From Candidatus Flemingiibacterium sp. (GTDB lineage Bacteria; Bacillota; Clostridia; Oscillospirales; CAG-272), in the NCBI GenBank assembly GCA_045586505.1, contig JAZNAL010000053.1, positions 30,109-94,108 of the forward strand: a stretch of DNA of 64,000 nucleotides, given 5' to 3'. This document shows positions 54,504 to 61,598 of the stretch, piece by piece. Positions within the stretch are counted from its first letter, which is position 1. Every line of letters begins with the position of its first letter. The notes below the pieces were generated by a model that had not been told where the DNA came from, did no database searches, and saw only the letters and a program-made list of their open reading frames with translations. The position numbers and the translations under genes are program-made.

Positions 54504-54558
54504 ATAATCCGAACCAGATCTTCCCTGTGGGAGACGGGTTCGGATTATTTGTTTATTT
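54504..54558 (+). terminator. Terminator-like hairpin after the tRNA 3'-end copy
   Basis: ATAATCCGAACC...GGTTCGGATTAT followed by TTGTTTATTT. Confidence 0.55.
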
Positions 54559-54666
54559 CGAGAAGTTTGAGGATACCCATTTCAAAAACGGCATAATCAA
54601 ACGTCCGAACTCCAAGCCAAGAGGACCGAGAAAGAAGAAACAATCTTGATTATGGAGGATTTGATT

Positions 54667-54786
54667 ATGAAAAAACTTATCAGTTGCGGATTTAACTTCG
54701 ATACCGTATGTGTAGAGCTGAAGTTCTCTGACGGCAGTATGATTTCCATTCAATTATCCTTGTTTTACATTTCATATCTCTCATAA
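54667..54786 (+). CDS. 39-codon ORF with a strong RBS, possibly the N-terminal remnant of a truncated gene
   Basis: GGAGGA lies 7 nt upstream of the ATG. Reads MKKLISCGFNFDTVCVELKFSDGSMISIQLSLFYISYLS. The last ~7 codons run into the convergent AraC gene's 3' end, consistent with truncation. Below the track cutoff. Confidence 0.25.
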   Translation: MKKLISCGFNFDTVCVELKFSDGSMISIQLSLFYISYLS

Positions 54787-55562
54787 ATTTCCTGTGCATA
54801 TTCTCGAGGAGTCATTTTCATTCTTCGCTTGAATACATAACTGAAATAGCTTTGAGAAGAAAAGCCACTTTCATAAGCGATTTGTGTTAATGAATTGTTT
54901 GTTGTCAGCAGCAAATTTATAGCCTTTTTTATACGCTGTTCTTCTATATAATCTCGTAATGTTTTTCCCACTGCCGCCTTAAAAGTGTTGTGGAAATGAA
55001 CAGGACTAAGCGACATGGCTTTTGAAACTTTTTCGAGAGTTAAATCTTCGGTTAAATTCTCTTTAATGTAATGCAATGAGTTTTCAATTATTAAGTAACT
55101 ATTAGTCGAATTAATTCTTTTAATTCTTTTTGTTGAATCCTTAGTTATTGTATAAATGAGTTCTAATATAAGACTCTGTAAAATAATTTCTTCGCTATCG
55201 GAAAGTGCATTGTAATGTTTCATCAATTTTTCAAAGATACTTTTGTAAATATCACCTTTGTCAGTTTCAAGAAAATCCGGAATGCACATTAGCGAATCGT
55301 ATAAAAATCCACTGTGCATAATCATATGTACATAGTAGCACTTAAAAGGAAATTTGGTGTGTCTTTCTTGTCCCGGTTTTGCACAGATAATCATATTGGA
55401 GTTGATTCGTTTTGAATTTTTATCAATATAGGAAATACCGCCATCTTCTATTGGCAATTCAATTTCAAACATAGATGTTTTTCGGTTTTTACTGATCTTG
55501 ACATTTTTGTGTGCAATTTGAGAATTAAAAATTCCAACCGCTACAATTTCCGGTAGAAGCAT
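54765..55562 (-). CDS. AraC-family transcriptional regulator
   Basis: C-terminal dual HTH: LTLEKVSKAMSLSPVHFHNTFKAAVGKTLRDYIEEQRIKKAINLLLTTNNSLTQIAYESGFSSQSYFSYVFKRRMKMTPREY. ATG 55562 follows AAGGTGA (track extends to 55640). Confidence 0.85.
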   Translation of the reverse strand: MLLPEIVAVGIFNSQIAHKNVKISKNRKTSMFEIELPIEDGGISYIDKNSKRINSNMIICAKPGQERHTKFPFKCYYVHMIMHSGFLYDSLMCIPDFLETDKGDIYKSIFEKLMKHYNALSDSEEIILQSLILELIYTITKDSTKRIKRINSTNSYLIIENSLHYIKENLTEDLTLEKVSKAMSLSPVHFHNTFKAAVGKTLRDYIEEQRIKKAINLLLTTNNSLTQIAYESGFSSQSYFSYVFKRRMKMTPREYAQEIYERYEM

Positions 55563-55673
55563 GAGAATCACCTTAAAAATAAAATTTCTAATAAATATAC
55601 TAAAATTTTTATATTTATTCAGTAATATATATGATATCATTAAATTACAATTTTGTCAAGGAAAAGTGAATAT

Positions 55674-56348
55674 ATGAAAATTACATTTTTGGGTCAGGCA
55701 GGCTTACTGTTTGAAAAAAACGGTTTTAAAATAATGATTGACCCTTATTTGTCTGATAGTGTTGAAAAAGTAAATCCAAAAAACTATCGTAGAGTAGCAG
55801 TTGATGTAAGTTTTTTAAGCATTATACCGGATGTCATGATTTTTACCCATAACCACCTCGACCACTATGACCCGGAAACTGTCAAACACTTTATTGCTGA
55901 AGATAGTAATATTACTGTTCTGGCACCAAAATCTGTTTGGGATGAGGTGCGAAAGTTAGGCGGAAATAATAACTATGTTTTATTTAACCGTCATACCACT
56001 TGGACAGAAAAGGGAATTAAATTTACGGCTGTTAAAGCAGAGCACAGCGATCCTGCCCCAATAGGTGTTATCATCGAAGACGGGAATAAAAAGTATTATA
56101 TAACTGGAGACACCCTTTGTAATGAGGAAATTTTTGAGGATATACCAAAAGATATTTATGCTGTATTCCTGCCCGTTAACGGTGTTGGAAATAATATGAA
56201 TATGGCTGATGCTTCCCGTTTTGCAAAAAGGATAAACGCTCAAAAAACAATACCTATACATATTGGAATGTTTGATGACATTTCGGCAGATGAATTTGAA
56301 TGTGAAAATAAGATTATTGCAGAAATATATAAGGAGATTAAACTATGA
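55674..56348 (+). CDS. MBL-fold metallo-hydrolase (possible lactonase)
   Basis: Begins MKITFLGQAGLLFE and has the HNHLDHYD (HxHxDH) motif. ATG 55674 (track TTG at 55653). Confidence 0.8.
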   Translation: MKITFLGQAGLLFEKNGFKIMIDPYLSDSVEKVNPKNYRRVAVDVSFLSIIPDVMIFTHNHLDHYDPETVKHFIAEDSNITVLAPKSVWDEVRKLGGNNNYVLFNRHTTWTEKGIKFTAVKAEHSDPAPIGVIIEDGNKKYYITGDTLCNEEIFEDIPKDIYAVFLPVNGVGNNMNMADASRFAKRINAQKTIPIHIGMFDDISADEFECENKIIAEIYKEIKL

Positions 56349-57505
56349 AAGTAACGAATGTAAAAACTTTTACCGTTGACTGTTTTCGGACAAACTGGGT
56401 TTTTGTGAAGGTTTATACCGATGAAGGGATAACCGGTGTGGGAGAAGCTACTCTTGAATATAAGGAAAAAGCGCTCATAGGTGCGGTAGAGCATATAAAG
56501 GAATACCTTGTAGGCAAAAATCCTCTTAATATCGAAAAGCATTTTCATGATATTTACCGCGATGCTTATTGGCGAGGCGGTGCAGTTTTAATGAGTGCAT
56601 TGTCTGCTGTGGAAATGGCACTTTGGGATATTTTAGGAAAGAGCCTTAACGTTCCTGTTTATCAGCTTTTGGGCGGGAAAGTGAATAATAAAGTAAGAAT
56701 ATACGTAAACGGCTGGTTTGCAGGTGCAAAAGAACCGGAGGAATTCGGTGAAAAAGCAAAGATAGCTGTAGAACGTGGCGTTACCGCGATGAAGTGGGAT
56801 CCGTTTGGGAAAAACTATCTAAATATTTCAAATGCGGACCTTGATAAAGCACTCAGGTGTGTTCAGGCCGTAAGAGAGGCAGTAGGTAATAAGGTTGATT
56901 TGCTGATTGAAGGACACGGAAGATTTAATATTCCTACGGGTATAAAGATTGCAAAGGAATTAGAACAGTTTAAGCCGATGTTCTTTGAAGAGCCGGTACC
57001 CCCGAATAACCTTGATGCATTAAAGGAAGTTCGTGATAAATCACCCGTTGCAATTTCAGCAGGTGAAAGACTTTATACGCGTTGGGATTACAGGGCAATG
57101 TTTGACCGCATGGCGGCAGACTACATACAGCCCGATATTTCGCACGCAGGCGGTATAATGGAGCTTAAGAAGATTGCGGCAGAGGCGGAAAGCAGATATA
57201 TTCCCTTTGCACCGCATAATCCGTCAGGTCCCGTTGCAAATGCGGCAACGCTTCAGCTTGCGGCAACGTGTCCGAATTTCGAAATACTTGAAATTATGTA
57301 CAGTGATGTTGAGTGGAGAAAGGACGTTACAAACGAAAGTCTTGAGTACAAAGATGGTTATATTACAATTCCTGATAAGCCCGGTCTTGGTATCGAGATT
57401 AATGAGGATGAGTGCTTAAAGCACCCCTATCAGGTGCATACACTTCGCCACTATACGGGTGCACTTACAGACATAAGACCTGCAAAGACAGAATTTTATT
57501 TTTAA
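56345..57505 (+). CDS. Enolase-superfamily sugar-acid dehydratase (galactonate/mannonate dehydratase-like)
   Basis: Begins MKVTNVKTFTVDCFRTNWVFVKVYTDEGITGVGEATLE. Contains KWDPFG and LIEGHGRF..FEEP, with metal-ligand spacing typical of the MR/MLE family. ATGA overlap with the MBL gene. Confidence 0.9.
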   Translation: MKVTNVKTFTVDCFRTNWVFVKVYTDEGITGVGEATLEYKEKALIGAVEHIKEYLVGKNPLNIEKHFHDIYRDAYWRGGAVLMSALSAVEMALWDILGKSLNVPVYQLLGGKVNNKVRIYVNGWFAGAKEPEEFGEKAKIAVERGVTAMKWDPFGKNYLNISNADLDKALRCVQAVREAVGNKVDLLIEGHGRFNIPTGIKIAKELEQFKPMFFEEPVPPNNLDALKEVRDKSPVAISAGERLYTRWDYRAMFDRMAADYIQPDISHAGGIMELKKIAAEAESRYIPFAPHNPSGPVANAATLQLAATCPNFEILEIMYSDVEWRKDVTNESLEYKDGYITIPDKPGLGIEINEDECLKHPYQVHTLRHYTGALTDIRPAKTEFYF

Positions 57506-57518
57506 TGAGGGTGAGAAT

Positions 57519-58307
57519 ATGAGTAAATATGCATTGGTAACAGGCGCATGCGTTAATACAGGCGTTGCAATAGTAGAAAAATTAGCTTCCGAGGGATGGA
57601 ATGTTGTTTTTACGGGAAGAAATTGCGAGAAAGTACATGCAGCAGAAAAACTGTATAAGGGAAAGTTTCCTGAGATAGATATTATAGGCTATCACATAGA
57701 TTCTCTGCTGGATGAAAGAACCGTAGATGAAAAAGCAGTCGAGGATATGTTTTCTGATCTTGATGAAAAAGGCATCTTTATTGATACGCTTATCCTTAAT
57801 GCGGCAGACCAGGGTCTTGGCATTGAAATCTTTGAAAATCCGCTGACAGATTTTATGCGTGTTATAAATACGAATATGGTCTGGAATTACTGTCTTTCCG
57901 AACACGCCGCAAAAAGGATGAAGGAAAACGGTGGAGGAAATATTATCTTTATTAATTCAAATACTGCATACCGTGCAATTCCAAACAGAATTGCATATTC
58001 TGCATCAAAGGGCGGTCAGCTTGGAATGATGCGTGCAATGGCACTTGACCTTGGAAAGTATAATATACGTGTAAATGCAGTTCTTCCCGGTATGATTAGA
58101 ACGGACAGATGGGAGAATAACCCTGATTTTTACAAGAATATACCGTCAAGATTTACTCCTCTCGGGGATGTAGCAATAGGCGAGGATGTAGCAGATGCAG
58201 TCTGGTATTTTGTAGCGCATTCAAGAAATACCACAGGAGCGGAATTGGTTGTTGATGGTGGAAACACAATTCAGCTTTACCCCATAATTCCCGATGACAG
58301 AGGATGA
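57519..58307 (+). CDS. SDR-family oxidoreductase
   Basis: Rossmann TGACVNTGVAIV, NAAD, and catalytic YSASKGG. Confidence 0.9.
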   Translation: MSKYALVTGACVNTGVAIVEKLASEGWNVVFTGRNCEKVHAAEKLYKGKFPEIDIIGYHIDSLLDERTVDEKAVEDMFSDLDEKGIFIDTLILNAADQGLGIEIFENPLTDFMRVINTNMVWNYCLSEHAAKRMKENGGGNIIFINSNTAYRAIPNRIAYSASKGGQLGMMRAMALDLGKYNIRVNAVLPGMIRTDRWENNPDFYKNIPSRFTPLGDVAIGEDVADAVWYFVAHSRNTTGAELVVDGGNTIQLYPIIPDDRG

Positions 58308-58329
58308 AATAGCGAGGGAATATTACCCA

Positions 58330-58733
58330 GGCATTGATATGTGTATATGGCAAAACCATAAAAAGATATTTCGTCATTAATCAGGATACAGCATTTGAAA
58401 ACATCCACTTTCTTTTCATCCTGGTGGAAAATATCGTTACAGCTTGTGCCATGACGTACTTGGTGCAATTATCGAGGCTGTTTCAGGGCGGAAAAGATGC
58501 TGCAGGGTATGAATACAGATTTGGTGTGCAGACGTTTGTGCATCAATGGATGGGCGGTCAGCTTTCCAATATTGGAGAGTTTGGCTGGCAGGGGGGCTGC
58601 AGTAAGTTATGTAATGATTGACCCGTCTGAAAATCTTGCGATGTTTGCTGCAGAACACGTCAGAAATCCTTATAATCACCAAGCTGCCGCAAGATTTACA
58701 AATGCTATTTATACCGCACTTGGCAATAAATAA
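58330..58733 (+). pseudogene. Degraded serine-hydrolase (beta-lactamase-family) gene with fragments in at least 3 frames
   Basis: Frame a: HPGGKYRYSLCHDVLGAIIEAVSG (from 58417). Frame b: GKDAAGYEYRFGVQTFVHQWMGGQLSNIGEFGWQGG. Frame c after the G6 run near 58590: AAVSYVMIDPSENLAMFAAEHVRNPYNHQAAARFTNAIYTALGNK*. The N-terminal SxxK region is missing, and an internal deletion is implied. Confidence 0.5.
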
Positions 58734-58749
58734 TAAAAGGGGTATTAAA

Positions 58750-59115
58750 ATGCAGGATTTAAGCAAATATGTGGAAATAAGAGAGCATAACACAGAAGGG
58801 TATTCCCGTGTAATTGAATATGACAGCTGGACAGCAGCGCTTATCAATTATGCGCCACGGTTTGATGAAAAGAATTTTGAATATGTTGAACGGCATAATA
58901 AGACTGATGAAGTCTTTATCCTAATTGAGGGAGAGGCAACATTGGTTGTTGGAGAGACAGACGACCTTCAATATATCAATCTTGAAAGATTCAAGTTTTA
59001 TAACGTGAAAAAAGGCGCATGGCATCATGTCTTTCTTAAGGAAAATGCAAAAGTTATCATTGTGGAAAACTCAGATACTGGGAAAGAAAACACTGAGTAT
59101 TATTGCGTGAAATAA
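58750..59115 (+). CDS. Small cupin-like protein, function unknown
   Basis: ATG 58750 follows AAGGGG (track ORF from 58618). Reads ...ERHNKTDEVFILIEGEATLVVGE...YNVKKGAWHHVF...KVIIVENSDT, a beta-barrel pattern. Confidence 0.6.
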   Translation: MQDLSKYVEIREHNTEGYSRVIEYDSWTAALINYAPRFDEKNFEYVERHNKTDEVFILIEGEATLVVGETDDLQYINLERFKFYNVKKGAWHHVFLKENAKVIIVENSDTGKENTEYYCVK

Positions 59116-59148
59116 GGAAAAATAACTATTTAAAGGATTTTTCCAGAT

Positions 59149-59214
59149 ACGCAAAGCGTTCTTGTCCCTGCTATGAGATCGGAGCGAGCATTGCGGGTGC
59201 AGGTATCAAGTCCT
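59149..59214 (+). repeat. Inner direct repeat, right copy
   Basis: 65/66 identical to 54418-54483. It diverges exactly after ...CAAGTCCT. Confidence 0.9.
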
Positions 59215-59218
59215 ACAT

Positions 59219-59253
59219 TTGCGGAATATTGTTCATGAAGATGACAGATCGCG
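59219..59253 (+). repeat. Outer direct repeat, right copy
   Basis: See 54367-54401. Confidence 0.8.
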
Positions 59254-59303
59254 GCGTATTTGCGCTAACAAAAAAATAATCGTATAACCTCAAAGCGGCG
59301 GTA

Positions 59304-59332
59304 TTGACAAGACTGCCGCTTTACTGTATAAT
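59304..59332 (+). promoter_or_regulatory. Consensus promoter for the ASCH/radical-SAM genes
   Basis: TTGACA, then 17 nt, then TATAAT. Confidence 0.55.
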
Positions 59333-59363
59333 TAACGTAAATGTAAAAAATGGGGGTGCGGTT

Positions 59364-59801
59364 ATGACTGCAGAGGAGCTGTGGAACATCTTTATAGATA
59401 AAACAGGTGTCACCGCCGAATATGAGGCATGGGCGTTCGGCGCGGACGCCGATAGTCTTGCACAGCTTGTATTTCGCGGGATAAAGACCGCCACCGCGTC
59501 TGCGTATCCGCTGTATGCCGTGGATGGCGAAGCCTTGCCCGCAGTGGGCGAATACAGCGTGATCCTTGATTCAAGGGACAAGGCGGTGTGCATCATCCGC
59601 ACTACCAAGGTGTTTACGCTTCCGTTCCGCGAGATCGGTACAGAGCAGGCATATAATGAAGGCGAGGGAGACCGCAGTCTCGAATACTGGCGGCGGGTAC
59701 ACCGCGAATTTTTCACCAAATGTATGAGCGAGGCGGGACTTGAGTTTTCGGAGGATATGCCCGTGGTATGCGAGGAATTCGAGCTTGTATATCCCGCCTG
59801 A
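59364..59801 (+). CDS. ASCH-domain protein
   Basis: ATG 59364. Reads MTAEELWNIF...AWAFGADADSLAQLVFRGIKTATAS...AYNEGEGDRSLEYWRRVHREFF. Confidence 0.8.
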   Translation: MTAEELWNIFIDKTGVTAEYEAWAFGADADSLAQLVFRGIKTATASAYPLYAVDGEALPAVGEYSVILDSRDKAVCIIRTTKVFTLPFREIGTEQAYNEGEGDRSLEYWRRVHREFFTKCMSEAGLEFSEDMPVVCEEFELVYPA

Positions 59802-59838
59802 CTTTTGCGAAAATGAGCTTGCCGAAAGGAACAGTGTG

Positions 59839-61440
59839 ATGCCAAATATACTCCTTGTTGCTCTCAATTCATCCTACACACATACAAATCTTGCGGTGCG
59901 GTGCATCAAAAAAAGCCTCACCGAGGCGGGGTATGCCTGCGAGATAGCCGAATTTAATCTGAAGGATAAGCGCCGCCGTGTGCTGGAAGCACTTGCCTGT
60001 GCCGATGCGGACATCTACGGATTTTCCGCCTACATCTGGAACGTGCGGGAGCTTTTTGCCTTTGCCGCAGACTTAAAAAAGCTTCGCCCTCGCGCGACCA
60101 TCGTGTTCGGCGGACCGGAGGTCTCCTTTGACACGGACGAGCGACTCCTTGCGCATCCTTACATCGACTGTATCATCACCGGAGAGGGTGAGCGGGCATT
60201 CTGTACGCTTGCCGAGCTTGTTTCGGAGGGGAAATCGATCCACCGCGTCATCGACGGTGGAATTTACGAGGAGTTCCCACGGCAGGGAATGGTGTACACC
60301 ACAGGCGAGCTTCAAAACGGTTCGCGGGTGGTCTACTATGAATCCTCACGCGGCTGTCCATACCGCTGTGCCTACTGCCTGTCCGCGCTGAGCGGCAAGG
60401 TGCGCGCCAAGAGCGCGGAAGTGACGCTTTCGGAGCTTTTGGAGTTTGAAGCAATCGATAATATCAAGGTTATAAAGTTCGTTGACCGCACATTCAACTT
60501 CGACCGTGAGCGGGCGAAATCAATCTGGCGCGGACTGCTCTCGGAGCGGTACACCAAAAACTATCACTTCGAGATTTGCGCAGATCTGCTTGACGAGGAG
60601 AGCTTCCACCTGCTTTCCCGCTTCCCGAAGGGCAAGGTGCAGCTTGAGATCGGCGTTCAGTCCACAAATCCCCACACACTCAGACGGGTCATGCGCCGAC
60701 CTGAGACCGATAGTCTCCTTCAAGCTATCGAACGGCTTTACCGTATGGGGAATATGCATATCCACGCCGACCTCATCGCGGGGCTTCCCTTGGAGGACAT
60801 GGAGAGCTTTGCCCGCTCCTACGATGCGCTTTACGGTAAATGTGATATGCTGCAGCTGGGATTTTTGAAGCTTCTGCGCGGCTCCGCGCTGCGCCGCGAG
60901 GCTGACAGCTTCGGATGCGTTTACTCCGACGCGCCGTCTTATGAGGTGCTTGCTACCGATAAATTAAGCTACGATGAGCTGTCACTGCTCCACGACATCG
61001 ATGATGTCGCCGACAGATATTGTACCGGCGCCCTCAAGCGCTCCATGGCGTATATTATGGACGGCTGTGAGTCGCCGTTCAAACAGCTTCGCAGGATTGC
61101 CGAAAGGTTTCGTGCCGACGGTGTGCGCGTTGGCGATATCTCCCAACCGAAGGCTTACGAAAAGTTGTACGAGTACATGGACGGCGATACCATGCTTTCC
61201 GAAGCGCTGATTCTTGACTTTCTCACAAGTCAGAGGCTGTCGCCGCCGCATATCGGCGGACGTGAACTCAAAAAGTGCGATACCGGACTTCGCCGCGCTT
61301 TCATGGAGTATGCGGATGCAAAGGGTATAGCATATTTCGCTCCGGCACTGGAGGAGAGGGAAGGCCTTCGCCGCTATGTCATCGACCGGAAGTATATGAA
61401 GGCTTATGAGGTGAGGGATGGCGGTTTCGTCGAAATTTGA
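59839..61440 (+). CDS. B12-binding-domain radical SAM protein with a DUF4080-type C-terminal domain
   Basis: ATG 59839 (track ORF from 59740). N-terminal Rossmann-like ILLVALNSSYTHTNLAVR. SAM cluster motif YESSRGCPYRCAYCLS. Confidence 0.85.
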   Translation: MPNILLVALNSSYTHTNLAVRCIKKSLTEAGYACEIAEFNLKDKRRRVLEALACADADIYGFSAYIWNVRELFAFAADLKKLRPRATIVFGGPEVSFDTDERLLAHPYIDCIITGEGERAFCTLAELVSEGKSIHRVIDGGIYEEFPRQGMVYTTGELQNGSRVVYYESSRGCPYRCAYCLSALSGKVRAKSAEVTLSELLEFEAIDNIKVIKFVDRTFNFDRERAKSIWRGLLSERYTKNYHFEICADLLDEESFHLLSRFPKGKVQLEIGVQSTNPHTLRRVMRRPETDSLLQAIERLYRMGNMHIHADLIAGLPLEDMESFARSYDALYGKCDMLQLGFLKLLRGSALRREADSFGCVYSDAPSYEVLATDKLSYDELSLLHDIDDVADRYCTGALKRSMAYIMDGCESPFKQLRRIAERFRADGVRVGDISQPKAYEKLYEYMDGDTMLSEALILDFLTSQRLSPPHIGGRELKKCDTGLRRAFMEYADAKGIAYFAPALEEREGLRRYVIDRKYMKAYEVRDGGFVEI

Positions 61441-61484
61441 CAAAAACTTACTTTGTATGACGTTATGCAGTACCAAAATAACTA

Positions 61485-61513
61485 TTGAAATTTTTTCTGA
61501 AATATGATATAAT
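61485..61513 (+). promoter_or_regulatory. Promoter for the fusion gene
   Basis: TTGAAA, then 17 nt, then TGaTATAAT. Confidence 0.5.
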
Positions 61514-61598
61514 ATTATAGATTATTATACAGTGTTAAGTATCCGGCACATTTGCAACAGTTTTCTTGTGCCGTCCACATATGAAAGGAAACAAAGCA

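Larger units (their letters stand above)
54402..59218 (+). mobile_element. Putative decayed integrated islet next to tRNA-Leu. It is 4.8 kb, has an AT-rich core, is bounded by nested direct repeats, and has no recombinase.
   Basis: It lies between the outer 35-nt direct repeats. It carries 66-nt terminal direct repeats, a copy of the tRNA-Leu 3' end, a gene fragment and a multi-frameshifted pseudogene. Base composition of 54.55-59.15 kb is visibly more AT-rich than the flanks. Confidence 0.45.

Noticed and set aside
54402-59218. Looked for an integrase/recombinase, transposase, inverted terminal repeats or a toxin-antitoxin pair in the islet
   Set aside because: None was found. All ORFs are metabolic or regulatory, or are fragments. 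The region is therefore called a decayed islet, not an active mobile element.
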